A DNA stretch of 63,690 nt, counting the filler, from Rhabdomonas costata (Eukaryota), in assembly GCA_019059605.1 (NCBI GenBank). It is 44 parts of 44 records of this genome, joined end to end, with 100 filler letters (N's around TTAATTAATTAA, not from the genome) between each part and the next. Parts side by side here need not be neighbours in the genome. Positions count along the whole stretch, not along the records: positions 11,601 to 12,943 come from JAHMHO010018544.1; positions 13,044 to 14,393 come from JAHMHO010018545.1; positions 14,494 to 15,848 come from JAHMHO010018546.1; positions 15,949 to 17,298 come from JAHMHO010018547.1; positions 17,399 to 18,748 come from JAHMHO010018548.1; positions 18,849 to 20,197 come from JAHMHO010018549.1; positions 20,298 to 21,646 come from JAHMHO010018550.1; positions 21,747 to 23,095 come from JAHMHO010018551.1; 36 more parts are not named here. The stretch is one strand, 5' to 3'. Below, in pieces: positions 12,667 through 26,326 of this stretch. Each line of letters starts with the position of its first letter. The first letter of the stretch is position 1. Both the position numbers and the translations under genes were made by a program. Below the pieces are notes generated by a model, which saw only the letters and a program-made list of their open reading frames with translations, was not told the DNA's origin and did no database searches.

Positions 12667-13056
12667 GGAGCACCGGAACTTCTGGGCGTGCTGGAAAACC
12701 CTTGTGTGCGACCAGGCCGTACTTGTCGGACAATAATCACTAGGCTTTGCTTGGCACAGCTCGGATTCCAGAGCTAGCTGGAGGTCCTTCGGACGTTGGG
12801 ACGTTGTGGGACGTTTCCAGAGCTAGCTGGGGGAAGGAATAGCACTCCAATACCTCCCACCACCACCCCATCCACCCGTCCTCCTCAAGTTCCGCCACCA
12901 CGTCTCGTATCATTGCCCCTCAACGTCACTTATCTAATTTGTANNNNNNNNNNNNNNNNNNNNNNNNNNNNNNNNNNNNNNNNNNNNTTAATTAATTAAN
13001 NNNNNNNNNNNNNNNNNNNNNNNNNNNNNNNNNNNNNNNNNNNTGTTGTGGTGGTA

Positions 13057-14122
13057 ATGGCCGTGTTCAGCCTCAAGACTCGCCAGCCCGTGACTGACCC
13101 TGAGCTGGTGGACGAGGACAGCCTGCTCACGGATGCTGACAAGGCCAAGAAGGTCGTCACCGACTCTGGAGGTGTGGACGGGTCTTGGGATTGGATATTA
13201 CTACTTGGGGTTGGGGCCAAAGAAAGCTGGGTTTCCACTGTGTCTGGTTTCGGTTACCCGTGGTAACTAACAACCGCCTTGCTATATGCTAAATTACTTT
13301 TTAAAAAACGGCCAGGTTAAGCGTGTCATTCCCCTCGAACTGACTTCATATTTTGTGCAAGGGGGCTAGACAAACTTTGTCAGTAACCCCTAGATGATTG
13401 TTTTTCCTTAGCAGCCGAAAACTACTGCTGGCTAACTGGTAACTGGTACCTCGCCCCCAACTTCTGTCGCACCACCGGGTTGAGGTGAAAAGCTTGTCCT
13501 CAGAGTTAATAGGGAGGAGAAATGGTGCCCAGTCGAGGAACATCTTCCCGTATACCGAACCTGAGGAACCGTCGAGAATGCTTTGAAGTGGTGGACGGAT
13601 ACCATCACAGCAAACTCACACCAACCAATTCGCAGCTACCACAAAAACGGCTGGTTGTCTGTCCCAGTGATAGTTTAAGGAAGTGTAGGGAGGTGCTTCA
13701 TCATTGTCTTGGGCCAAGAACATGTGCGTTGGAAAGTCTACGCAAGGCTGCGAGTTTGGTTTGTGTATCCCTGTCAAATCGACACCTCTAATGTACGGCT
13801 CCAGTGTTCCGTCGGTTTGGCCGTGCGACGAATTCTCCTCTCCTATTCTATAGCCCGATGCACTCCAACTCTGAGAGACTGAAAATGGTTTCCAAAGTAG
13901 GATACATACCTTTCCTGTCCCACTGGGTTGTGTGATCATGTAACGAGCTGTGCTGTGTGCGCCTTGATGCCTCCACAGGGTGTGCTACTCGGCGCAAGGC
14001 GTGCAAGAATTGCACTTGTGGACGAGCCCAGCTGGAGCAGCAGCAGCAGGCTTCCGGAGGGGCGCCCTCCACGCAGGCCCCCCAGGCTCCTCCTGAGGGG
14101 GGCTGCGGGAATTGCTCCAAGG
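13057..14122 (+). CDS. DRE2: Anamorsin/Dre2 (CIAPIN1) Fe-S cluster assembly protein, exons 13057-13171 and 13979-14122
   Basis: [28 protein letters not shown]...[20 protein letters not shown]...GGCGNCSK-G carries the DEDxLL, CKNCTCG and CGNC motifs. The 807-nt GT-AG intron is phase-consistent. Confidence 0.95.
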
Positions 14123-15563
14123 GTTCCTGCCCATCCTTTCCTCGTTCCCTTAATCACGTATAGAATTCCACACTCACTCACCTCATTCACTCTCCTCACT
14201 GGTATAGCCCGGGACCAGTAGGGCAGAAGGGAGGTTACCATACATGGAACGTTTGGAGATGAGCCGATACCCCACGGCACCGTTCGCTTCAACGGTACCT
14301 CTCGCAAGCACCCCTGTTGTCAACAGCGCGTGCACCTTCAGTCCACAGCGGCAACCACAGGCAGTCAGGCAACAGCCAGCGCGCCACCACACCNNNNNNN
14401 NNNNNNNNNNNNNNNNNNNNNNNNNNNNNNNNNNNNNTTAATTAATTAANNNNNNNNNNNNNNNNNNNNNNNNNNNNNNNNNNNNNNNNNNNNGTGGGTG
14501 TGGGTGCGCTCGGGAAATGCTCGCGCAGCGGTGGCCGGTGGTTGGGGCTTATCAGCGTGCTTCTCAGGGGTCTGGGCCTTCGGATACTTCGGAAGCTCGC
14601 GGACTGCGCGGGCGTCCTGGAGCATCGCCAGCTGACGCTGCTTGGCCCCAAAAGAAGGCGCCAGGAGAGACCTTCCCCGGGGCTTGGGGTTCTTCTGCGA
14701 GGGCGGGACGGAATGCAAGGTAATGCAATTCAAAAAACAGGCCTTGCCAGCCAGGCGCTCCGCCTCTGTTTTGGCTTGTTCGCAAAATAACCGGAACCCG
14801 CCACGTTGCGGGCACCGTGGGAGCCCAAAAGTTTTTGGTTAGAAAAATGGGGTGCATGAGACATGTATCTAACGGAAGGGAAGTGGGGCAAAGGGACCAG
14901 GTGAACACCTGCAGCCAACAGTAGTCTCGCTGCTTGGTCAAAGAGGAGAACAAATCAAAGTAAGCAGGCGGCTGCCATTCGATGAGGCCGGACCTGGGGA
15001 GCGGGCAGGTAAGGGACAGCTTTGTGCGACCCTTCCGGGTCATGAGCTGTGAACAAACATTTGAACAAACACAGATGCTGATGAAATGAGCATGCATCTT
15101 CCGACCTCAGCTCATCTTCAATGTTGCGACGAGAACTGCATCTTCACGTATGCACCTCACAAAGGGAAGATGGGTGGTTCTGTATGTTTTCCCCCAACAC
15201 CTTTTTTCGTGATACTCCTGCCCAGACCCCCCCGAAGCACCCCTCAGTGAACTTCTTCACTGCAATTTCATGTTTCTCCGTGGGCGGGTGATTTCACTGA
15301 ACTTGCCTTCGTTCTCTTTTCCCTCTTGATCGCCTTCCTTACACTGCCCTATGTGCAGGTACCCCACCTTGATTTCTCCTTTTCGGGCACTCGTCACGGG
15401 CCAGTGAGGTCCGTCACAGGCATTTATGGACTCAAACGTTGTCAATGGAGTATATTTTTGGAACTCTGTGCCAAAGTGTTTGGCTGCATGCATAAACCAT
15501 TTTGCACTATTTTCTCTGAAAAATTTGCACTCAGTTGCAAAAATTTGGATCGTGAGTCTACTG

Positions 15564-15567
<4 letters not shown>

Positions 15568-15597
<30 letters not shown>
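15568..15597. repeat. (TG)n microsatellite
   Basis: Perfect dinucleotide run of about 15 units. Confidence 0.95.
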
Positions 15598-15598
<1 letters not shown>

Positions 15599-17735
15599 AC
15601 GGTCTAATAGGTGCAAAAGCGGTGCAAAAAAATGTGCAGTCGAGTGCCTCCTTCGTGGTGGTCACGGCGTTCTGAAAGACAAACAGCCCTTGACACCTTG
15701 TCGAGGGACGTCTCCCCCGAGCGAAAATCGACAGCTCGCACTCCTGTCTCGAGGTCACGAACCGGGTTCATGCGTATCCAAGGATGCTGCAGGTGCCCGG
15801 TCGAGGGACCAGGAACATGAGCCCGACTTTTTCTGAGAAAAACCAACANNNNNNNNNNNNNNNNNNNNNNNNNNNNNNNNNNNNNNNNNNNNTTAATTAA
15901 TTAANNNNNNNNNNNNNNNNNNNNNNNNNNNNNNNNNNNNNNNNNNNNCCACTTTTCCATTTTACATTTGATATTCTATATTACTTGAGACTGCAGCAAA
16001 ACCGGTTGTCCACAGGAGCAAAATAAAAGCGGATTTGCTATGAGATGTGTCGCGGTGTCTAATAGAATGATGATTTGTTGTTATAGTTGTACCAACTGGA
16101 AGAAGATCATGGCTATAAAGCTGAGTCTTTTGTCTGCGCTTGGACTTTTTTTTGGACGTTTTTGTATTTTGGCATACCATGAAATGTGTGAATACACCCA
16201 CAATACTGATTATTATTGATCATTGTGATTAACGAATACCCGTACTTCTCAAATTGTTATTGCGTTATTTTTGACTGTTTTCTTTCGGCTTTCTAACGCC
16301 TTGAGAAAATGCGTTTAGTATTTAAAAAGTTAATCGATTCGAGCGTTTCAAAGTTAAAATGGCACAGACAAAAGGACTCTTCAGTTATCCTAGAGTGTTT
16401 AACTGTTCTTTTTTTCTGGTACTGATTGTGGTGTCCATTTCGCTAAAATATTAAATGTCCTTTTTAAAATGCATTCTTATCTGTGGTTTTAAAAATATAT
16501 GTTATAGCGTGGATGTCTCAATATAGTTTCTTCTCTTTTGTACATCGAAAATACGATTAAAATCAAAAAATCTATTGTACTGATAGTATATCATGGTTTC
16601 AAAGGTGCAGCAGCCCAATACCTAGGCAAGACACTGAACGAAGTGCGCGAGACAACGACCAGGTGCACTAACGTTGTTACACAGCAATCAAGCCAAAGAT
16701 ATCAGCGACAGAGATAGTGTTGTTACATCTTTTATTTAACTCTTTTAGGAACTTTCATCACAGCTTTGGTCCTTCTATTTCAGATGGTAGTGGAAACACA
16801 GTTAACACACTCAACTTAATTGTCGGAGTACAGTTTACTGCTCTTGATTTGTGGTCACATAACGCTCTAGAGCCATCAAAATTAGCAGATGCCTGGTTTG
16901 TGTCTCCAGTGTGCGTTAAATTTTGTGCGACTGTCTTTCCAGATGTCATCTTTGTCTGGTTGAAATGCACGTGATTTTATATACGCACACACTGACGTTT
17001 CTATATACACATACACATACACATACATATACTGATGTTTTTCTACCGGGAAGTGGTCTAGATAACCCGGAGATTTCTTTTTGAAGATCATGGCACAAAA
17101 CTGTTGGAACAAGAGGCAATACACAGGAGCGGAAGCACAAAAGCACAAAAGAGCCGAATCTAAAAGAAGGAGATTTTAGGAGAGAAGCGCTGGTAGATGG
17201 AGGAAAATGGGCGCTTAGCGGGGCAAAAAAGAAATGATTGGAGGCCTCAGGTCTCGCTCCAAGGGGCGGGCGGCGAGAAAAGGCCAAAGCCCCCAACCNN
17301 NNNNNNNNNNNNNNNNNNNNNNNNNNNNNNNNNNNNNNNNNNTTAATTAATTAANNNNNNNNNNNNNNNNNNNNNNNNNNNNNNNNNNNNNNNNNNNNGG
17401 GTTTTGGGTGACAAATTGGGGTGCATGGGTCACTGTGCCACAAGAGAGGGCGTGTGTGGTGCACATAGCCAACGAAAGGGTGACGAGGGCTAAGCCGAAG
17501 CACACCACACAGGTCTTTTGCATATACAACGGGATCCCGAAACGCTGCAGGGCCGGTGCTTGGGGTCCGAATTTGACCTTTCACCTTCGGGGGATTGTGG
17601 TGCACTAGGGCGGCTCTTTGGTATCCCTTTGCTGCTTCTTGCCCCATACAGCGGAGGGTTTACGACAGCACCCGCACACATAGTCACATAGCCAAAAAAA
17701 AAAACCGCGAAAAAAACGGTAAAATACACTTCCAC

Positions 17736-18726
17736 CTCCTGGGCACTTCAGTCACCATTCGGGTTGGAAGCACGACATGCTGCGGTGCGCTGTAGGTACG
17801 CCGCACGGGCCCCACATTGCCCGAGGGAGCTGCTTCCAGATCGGCAATCGGCTCGGTTTGGTGACGTCCAAACTCCTCATGTGTTCGTCTCTCAAGAATA
17901 GGATTCCGGTAGAGCAGCCCTTCCACAAACGCCTCCGATAGAACGGTTAGGCAATGCAGGCAACCTTCCGCACCAGGGCACCTCACCTCCGAGCGGCCCT
18001 CAACTCCAGCCCCAACGATGTGCTGCACAAGACAGCCGCGGCAGAAGATGTGCTCACATCCCGGCACCATAACCTTCCGCGTCAAAGGCACCCGAGATCG
18101 GCACAGCTGGCAGTAAAACACTGCCTCTGGGCTCTCTTGTCTTCTCCAGAACGAGGAGCTGAAACTTCGCAGCAGTGAGGTTAGCGAGGGCAATATCTCC
18201 AGAGGTCGTCTTTGCGTCCTTGATAAAAAAAGAGCACAGTGATTTGCAAAAACAACCCAATGTGTTTCGCTTTTGGAACTTCTTTAAGAATTGTAGAAAA
18301 TTGTGGAGGCGATTATCCGACCTGTAAAGTTGAAGTGGCGGACGAGAGCAGCCTGCTGCAGCTTTCTTGGGAACAAATTGATGCAGAAACTAAACACTAA
18401 CTAAACACGAGCTGAGAGCAATTCATCTTCCATCCATTCCAATCACAACTTACATCATTCGAAATTGCCTTAAGTCTCTAAGTTGAATCAGACACACATC
18501 CAGTCAACATTAACAATCACCTCTCGCGCATTTCCACGTGCGGAACATTCCCTCTAGAGCTCTCAGCGTTGGCGCCCGGCAAACTCCTTGCCCGTTCGCG
18601 CTCACGAGGAAGGGCTGCCTCGAGATCTTCGGGTAACTGCAGAACGGGCGAGGAATGTGTTGCGCGGTCGATACTGCGAGAAGGCTCTTCGTGACGAAAA
18701 CTTGGCGCCACCTCTCCGGCAGGCGA
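17736..18726 (-). CDS. RING-finger protein (RBR RING1-like), exons 18726-18521 and 18218-17736
   Basis: FYCQLC...PGCEHIFCRGCLVQHI...VRCPGAEGC is a C3HC4 pattern. The phase-2 GT-AG intron 18520-18219 joins in frame. Confidence 0.8.
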
Positions 18727-19018
18727 CTGGAGGGGCAGAAAAAAACCCNNNNNNNNNNNNNNNNNNNNNNNNNNNNNNNNNNNNNNNNNNNNTTAATTAA
18801 TTAANNNNNNNNNNNNNNNNNNNNNNNNNNNNNNNNNNNNNNNNNNNNAAAATGGGGCGGTGTAACATTTGCATAACAGTGCAGCACCACAGCAGAACTG
18901 GCAATGTCGTTGCATTTGGCAGGTAGGTATTGAAAAAATTTGGAGCTCTTGCGCAACAGAACGGGGAGTGGCACAATGTGATGACAATCCACAAGCAACC
19001 GCAAAGGCAATCGAATAC

Positions 19019-19913
19019 CTTCAGCGAGTGCACCACGATACTCTGCCCAGCCATGGACATGGCTTGCCTGCGGCCCAGTTGCTGGGCAGGTTCCGGTTTG
19101 GAAAACGTCACCCTCCACGGCACGCTGGATACAGAATCGCAGAAGCAACCCCCCCCCCCCCGCGCGCACACACACACAATGTACATGCACGAGGAATTGT
19201 CGTATTTCACACACTGGATGCAGCGGGCTTTCGAATATTTTCCCGCCTCCTGGAAGGGGATCACCGAATCACCCCTCTGCTGCTGGACGGGGTTCTTGAG
19301 TAGCATCATTGGCTCATTAGAAACTGCCGTTCTGGGGGGCTCCAACCCTGCGGGTTACGGCACACACATATAAATGATGGGGCGCTGGAGGGGGGCGGAG
19401 TATATCAGCGTAAATACTGGAGTTCCTCTGCCTTTTCAGCAAGCTTTAAGTGAACGGCATCCCTACTCCATCAGTGAGAAAACGACTGATCAAGACACCC
19501 AGATATAAACAAACAGACAAGCGGTCATCAGGAATGCGAGGCAAGTCTTTAGGAAAAAAAACACTGCCCGTCCTGATCTGGAAAAAGGCTCATTTCTCTG
19601 CCCGTGAAGAACGCAATGTCCGCGCGTTACTTGTTAGGTGGCCGTTTATTTTGGAATTTTTGAATCATTCTTCTGTTTTCACAACTCCAAATACAAAGAG
19701 CGGGGACATACTGCTCTTGAGGAAGATATTCCGCTTGCTCCACATCTCCAAACGAAGAGAAAAAGCTGATAATGGTTTGGGCTGTTGTCAGCGGAGCCAC
19801 CTGGGCAACCTTAATTGTCCGAAAGGCGGGGTCCGAGAGCGCCGTGGCGTCATTGGCAGCTATGGCAGAGACAAAATCAAACAGGTAGGCAGAACAGCGT
19901 CCGAAGTTCCGCA
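19019..19913 (-). CDS. RRM-domain RNA-binding protein, exons 19913-19712 and 19124-19019
   Basis: The spliced product RTIKVAQVAPLTTAQTIISFFSSFGDVEQAEYLPQE-H-VPWRVTFSKPEPAQQL...MAGQSIVVH has RRM topology. The phase-2 join is consistent. Confidence 0.65.
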
Positions 19914-22900
19914 CTGCACCGAAGAGCTGTGGTTGTGCCTGAACTCAAGAACCTCACTTCGGTATGCAACCCATCTCTCGTGTGCATCAGAGTTAAATAA
20001 ATGATGGCGAGATGCTGGAAACACCAAAAAGCAGTGCCCTGAAGCATAATACTACACACTAACAGATATTTTCTGTTCCCAGCCAGCCATCAGACACACT
20101 CGAGTACGTACTGTCTTTGAAAGGCAAGCTGTACTCATAATAGTTGCTTCAGGTTCAAGGTCCATAATGAAGCGATACAGAAGTGAAACCAAAAACCNNN
20201 NNNNNNNNNNNNNNNNNNNNNNNNNNNNNNNNNNNNNNNNNTTAATTAATTAANNNNNNNNNNNNNNNNNNNNNNNNNNNNNNNNNNNNNNNNNNNNGGG
20301 GCACGCAAGCACCAACCTGCCTCAATCTTATTAGGACGGACAGTTGGTGCTTGCGTGCCCCTCATCCTTACTGCATCGCTGCCGCATAACCTTTCTGAGT
20401 ATCTATAGCTGAACTTGTGCTCAACGTACGCAGGTACGCGAACATGCACGCGTATGGCTCTGCCTCAGTTGCACTCTGCGTTTGTTAGTGCGCCTCTTCC
20501 CTTTTTCAAAGTCTACCTCCTTTACCGGCCACGTCCGTTTTTTTTTCTTTTTAATATTGTGAAAGGAGGTGGAGAGACCGCCTTGGCGGGTACCCCCCCC
20601 TCGCTTGCCTGTGTAGTACCTGTGTGGTAGATTGTATCTTGAAGCTCGCACTGATAATGATGCCGGGGAGGGGGCGACGAGCTTTCAAAAGAAAAGAATT
20701 CTCCGTGAAAAACCTAGCGTAGCCTGTTATACAGTATCATCAACTTCAGCAGAGTGCGTCCAGTGGCGTGACCTGTCATTGTCCTCTGCATTCATACGAT
20801 GAAGAGGTGCTCTTTGCTGACGTCACGCCACGGGCGCAGGCTTCTTGCTGTTTGCAGCCCTATGGGGAAGGGGGGGCGGTGGATGACGCCTGATGAAAGG
20901 CATGTGAGGGTCCTGAGGACTGTGTGTTTCGCACCTCGTATTGGTCCAGTTATATATTTTGCTATTTTTTCGCATCCCAACAGCTCTTATGGCGATGCAG
21001 TTGCATGGTGTTCGGGGATACAATTTTTCCTGGGCACTCATCGCATAGTGGCGCCCTGTCCCGCACCGAAATCATGCTTGATGGTTTTTGTTGCTCAAAC
21101 TTTCAGGGCTGGTGTACTTGCACCAGCACGATGTCGTCCATTGCGACATTAAGGTATAGCTTGCACTTCGTGAACGACGCAACATCAGTTGGCCTTGGCC
21201 TTGACCCAGTTCACCGGGGAAAGAGGGGGGAAAGGCAGAGCAGGAGGAAGCTTGGGGGCGTCTTCAGTCGAGAAACCCCGGTGCTGTGCGGGGCTGCAAG
21301 CAAGAATCACATGTTGTATCATAAGTGGCTTTGGGGACGGTGGCGGCGGCAGGGCGGGGCTTGCTTCGTTATTTCTTGTTTTACCATTTTCAAGCTTTGC
21401 CAGAACGAGTGCCAAAGCACCCGGCGAAAGCTTCACAAAAATTTTGAATTTTATTAAGAAAATGTTCAATGCTGTATAATTCATCCCCGTAGGTCCTCAG
21501 CCGCAGCGTGAGGTGTTACCTCTTCCGCTCCCATTCAAGCACACTGTGCGAACATCCCCCCCCCCAAAAAAAAATCGCACTTGCAAGATGCAGAGGCGTC
21601 AAGAGGTCAACACACCGGCGGTTTGGAGACCTGCCCCCAAAAAACANNNNNNNNNNNNNNNNNNNNNNNNNNNNNNNNNNNNNNNNNNNNTTAATTAATT
21701 AANNNNNNNNNNNNNNNNNNNNNNNNNNNNNNNNNNNNNNNNNNNNTTGTTGGGTGAGGGCTGCGGTGGGTTCTTGACGTACGGGTTGTGCGAGTGTACC
21801 AGAATCTGAACAGCAGCAGGCCAGGCTAACTTCGATACAGAATCCTCCAAGTTTTTCAGGACAGTACCGTACAACATACGTTTCGTTTACAAGGCCAAAA
21901 ATGAAAAGTGAAACCCATCACTCCTGAAGTGCTAGTTGCTGTGACCTACCACAAACAGTCGCGGACTTGTCCTATGTCACGGCGCGTGAGCACAAACGGG
22001 AAGGGCAAGTGAGAGCAGCGTGATGTTCATATTATTGGAAAGAGCAACGGGCGCCGAGCTCAGCATCCCAGACCAGTCGGTGAAGCCCCACTGCGAAGCG
22101 TTTCTCTTTGGACAAGTTCTACTACGCTACTGGTGGGCCACTGACTCTTGTGAGTCCTACGCCGGCCAAATTGGTGGTGGTGGGGGCCTCAGTGTGCCTC
22201 GCTATCATGAGGGCTAATCTGAACCCAAAATCCCAGTATATTTGCCCCTCTGTGGTCAGGCGTGCGTCGTGTGTGTGGGGAGGGATAACAAGCAAAATAG
22301 TAACCTTCAGTTCCTCGTTCACGCACGGGGAGACCGAGCGGCACCGCAAACGAGGATGCATGCGGGCTTCTGCGGAAAGGCACTCCAAGGGGTTTCGAAC
22401 CACTGCAAAGACCAGGCACATCCAATTCAGAGAATCAGCTCGGACGGAAAGAAGGCACGTACACAAATTTCTTAATTTATGCGCGAGGTTGGGGATGGTA
22501 CCAAACAGGGAGAGTGATAGCCGCATTTCAGGAAAACGTGCAGCCCGGAAGAGAAAATAGGCGTGTGATCACGATGACACAGTATCTCCGACCCAGGCAG
22601 CTGGAAGGGTTCATTCACTACACTCATTAGTTTATTGAGGAGAATCAAAATTACGAAAGATAACACAGAAACAGAAACAATAAAGAGAAACGAAAAAACA
22701 CAGGAAGGTAGATTGCAAAACTCACTGCCACAGCCTCGAACGAGCAACGTGTACATGTGACACCAAGACAGGCATGCCAGGTTGGGAGCAGCTTCGCTTC
22801 TGAACAAATTCGCTGTGATTCAGCCCATCATCAACCTAAAACAAAAGGAAGTGATTCATTTCGAAGCAGCCCAAAAGGGAACTAACAAAACAATCGAGCA

Positions 22901-23199
22901 CGGTCGCGGACACGTAGCCATCGTTTTGCTGTCATGCCTCCCATTTCCTTGACCGAGTGTTGAAATCATAAGCATCACTTTCACTATAGAGGTGTTGTGC
23001 GGCATCTTTCGCACAACCGCTGAAAGGGAAATCACCATAGATGCCATGCGCATCTCTCGCAGCCAGGACAGCACAAAGACTCTGAACACACACAANNNNN
23101 NNNNNNNNNNNNNNNNNNNNNNNNNNNNNNNNNNNNNNNTTAATTAATTAANNNNNNNNNNNNNNNNNNNNNNNNNNNNNNNNNNNNNNNNNNNNGTGT

Positions 23200-23350
23200 T
23201 GGGCACTTTCAGGCCCTTGGCAAGGTTCGAAAATGGGGTTTTCAGGGTGAAAACGTCGACCCTCGGGAAATCGACCCGGGGGTGCGGAAAAACGCGTTTT
23301 TTTTTACGTCGATTAGAGCCGTTTTTGAGGTCGTTTGATGCGGTTTTTAG
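23200..23350 (+). repeat. Dispersed repeat family A, copy 1
   Basis: GGTTCGAAAATGGGGTTTTCAGGGTGAAAACGTCGACCCTCGGGAAATCGACC (23224-23276) aligns by eye with 28139-28190 and with the reverse complements of 45690-45760 and 46060-46145. Boundaries are approximate. Confidence 0.7.
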
Positions 23351-24055
23351 CCTGCTTTTGTCTTTAAAACAGCCCCTTTGAGCACTGCGAGCACTTGTGT
23401 CAACGCCACTCGCAGCACGTCCGGCGCGGCCCCGGGATAAGAACCATGGGTGAACACGTTTAGATTTTAGCTTGCGGTTCATTCCCGGGGAGGGAGGGCA
23501 AGAGACAAATCGATACAATCAAAGAAGACAGAGAAGACACAATCAAAATGAACACAGCAAACCCCTTCGTTTCATTTCGGGACTCCTTAGCGCGGCGCCC
23601 GGCGCACAGCGCCCTTACTTGTTATCCAATCTTTTACAATTGGAAAAAAACCCACCTTGCCTGTTGTTGGTTGTGATGTGTCACTTTAATACGACCGTTT
23701 CGAAGGAGTACGTTTCATCTTACGGCAAAGAAGCTAGCCACCTCTATCATTTCTTCGGTCCTCTGTGAACGTGAACGGCCTGTCACAAGGATCCACTGGA
23801 CTGATGTTTAGCCACTGCTACTGCTACACTCTCCTCTTTTCCATGCTACTGTGCCCCTCCGTTGAACTCCGGTGCCGCATTTGGGCGTGCGCAAAGAAGC
23901 ACGTCTGGGGAAACGTAGCAGGGTAGACGGCAGAGTTTCGGATGAGCGACTGCTGATTTTGTGGCTGAGTCAGAAAGCACCAGAAAACTCGCGGGGGTGA
24001 AGTGGTGCAGTTAGGGGGCGGGGGCTTGGTACCCCTGCGAAATGAAGGAGCACAC

Positions 24056-24153
24056 TGCGCGACGACGCCGCGGATCTGCTCTTCGGAGAGGGTGTCCGCG
24101 TACTCCCGACTGAGCTGGGCCACCGCGTCCCTCTGCGCGGCGCTCAGCAGCAT
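24056..24153 (-). CDS. Possible short first exon, hypothetical protein
   Basis: MLLSAAQRDAVAQLSREYADTLSEEQIRGVVAQ, with GC3-rich codons and a GTGTGC donor. Weak support. Confidence 0.3.
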
Positions 24154-24799
24154 CCCTTTAACTCTCTCGATCGTCCTCGGTGACGACAAAAAAGGAGAAA
24201 ACTACAGAGAACACACGCACACGTACACCCGATTCCTTCTTCCACCTGTTCCGGAGGAAACTCACCAAAGACACTATGCACAAATTCAGAACCTGAACGA
24301 CAAGCGCAAGAACCGAGCCGAAGCCAGTCTTCTTCTCGCGCCGCCAGAAAGGGGGAACAGGAAGGGGCCTCGCAAAAGTTGCAGGAGCTTACGATCGGTG
24401 CAGCCACAGAAGTCCGCTAAGCCGAGCCTCAGGAAGCAAAACACTCAGCCAAGCAGCGAAAACAGCAATTCCTGCAATTCACACCAAAGCACTTAAAGCA
24501 ATCGCTGTTATGAAATAGCCTCTGATTGACTGAGTGCTTGCCTCNNNNNNNNNNNNNNNNNNNNNNNNNNNNNNNNNNNNNNNNNNNNTTAATTAATTAA
24601 NNNNNNNNNNNNNNNNNNNNNNNNNNNNNNNNNNNNNNNNNNNNGTGGGGGGGGTGCGTTAAACGGTTAGCGCCAAAAAAAAAGCTATAAGGGGCTCGAA
24701 ATTCGAAGCGCCTCGCGGTAGACGCTGAGATGTGTACTGTAAGGCAGCGTATGGTGTAGTCGACGGGGGGAAGGGATTGCTTCTCCCTTCTCCCTTCAG

Positions 24800-25643
24800 C
24801 TGGTGGATCCCAACCCGGTAGTGATCAACGACACCACTCTGGTGTGCACTACCCCGGCTGGGGGCACGCAGAGCTGCTCTGGGGTCCCCTTGGAGATCGG
24901 CGTGGGGGGCGACTCCACGCTGAACCTGGTCCCTCTGGTGCAGAGGTCCAGCGCGACCATCCTCGGGGTGCAGCCCAGGTTCCCCCGTCACATTTGCGCT
25001 GGTTCTAATGTGCATTAGCAAGAAGCATCAGTAGTAACAACTTTCCTTCCTAGGACCCTGGGCAGCTGCAGACATCCCGCCCCCTTCAGGTCACGTTCCT
25101 GTCAGCTGTCAGCTTATATGCGGTCCGTGGTTTGCCGGTCGTCAACAGTATGAACTCTGGGTGGGGCTCACGGGGGATGACCACTTCTCACCAACAGACT
25201 TCACACTCAATCCCCAAGAAAGGAGTGTGGAGTCGCAGAGACCTGAGCAGCATTGGAGCAATGCAGGTAGCCGCTGGAAAAGAGCAGCTGCGCGACAATG
25301 GCCCGGGACCCGTGGGGCAGAAGGGAGGTTACCATATGTGGAACGTTCGGCGGTAAGGCGGTTCCGGTTCCCAACGGCCCCGTTCGCTTACACGGCAGGC
25401 ACCTCTCGCCTGTGGCCAACAGCCGGCGCGTCCAACACACCCAATCTCTTGTCTTCACAGCCGAGGCTTCTACGACACCCCACTGACCGTCACGCTGGCG
25501 GGTCAGGGCTTCTCGAGCACGCCTTACGTGCGGTGCATGTTCTACACCACCGCTCCTGCACCGCGGTGGATCCCCCCGATCTACGGCGCAATGGTGTTCA
25601 GCACCAGCGAGAAAGTCACCTGCGAGCAGCCCGTGATGACGAG
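24800..25643 (+). CDS. IPT/TIG-domain protein, exons 24800-24978 and 25461-25643
   Basis: VINDTTLVCTTP...LEIGVGG...ILGVQP-S-RGFYDTPLTVTLAGQGF...RCMF...SEKVTCEQP fits tandem IPT/TIG repeats. The phase-2 GT-AG join is in frame. Confidence 0.8.
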
Positions 25644-26326
25644 GTCAGAAGCTGGCTGTGTGAGGGGGAGGGGGTTTGTTACTTGCTTCCGTTGCATAGT
25701 GCCTCTCTTCCTTTAACCATGCCTGCGGCACCAGCGGCAAATGATACCATCTGCATCGAAAGCTAATTAAATTTTGGAAGACGATGAGTAATGGAGTGGA
25801 AGCCAAAATGGAGAGCAAAGTAGAGTTATGACCGCGCACAAGACACAAAAAGAACCCAAAGGCGAGTGGAGGAGGCCGGTTTTGGTGCAAAGCAAGAGGG
25901 ACTCAGCCGGCGCTCCGCAGAGAGTTCAGGGCGAGCACCGAGAACGGGGAAAGCAATGCAAGGCATCCGTAAACACAAACGAACCAACAACACNNNNNNN
26001 NNNNNNNNNNNNNNNNNNNNNNNNNNNNNNNNNNNNNTTAATTAATTAANNNNNNNNNNNNNNNNNNNNNNNNNNNNNNNNNNNNNNNNNNNNAGATTTT
26101 GGTAGTTCCGGTAAATTACCATAATTTGGGAATTTACAGGTATTATAAATGGAACGTAACCGAGAAGCCCCGAAACCCGAAATGTGCAAACCCTATTGGA
26201 GGATCACTCCCTAACTGTTTTGTTTGCTTTCGTCTTCATGTTTGCTGCATATGTGCCGATTCAGCTCTTTCCATTATTTCGAGAACTCTCATTGACCGGA
26301 GCCCGAAGGTATTCACAGCATTCTGT

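Noticed and set aside
12407..12733. Minus-strand 108-aa ORF
   Set aside because: It is antisense to a phase-consistent + strand terminal exon (12518-12666) of the PDI-like gene.
14494..15410. Exons in contig 14494-15848
   Set aside because: Plausible splice sites exist on both strands, but neither frame nor family could be fixed.
16068..16123. C/D-box snoRNA (ATGATGA...CTGA)
   Set aside because: Short boxes are expected by chance in AT-rich DNA, and no guide target could be verified.
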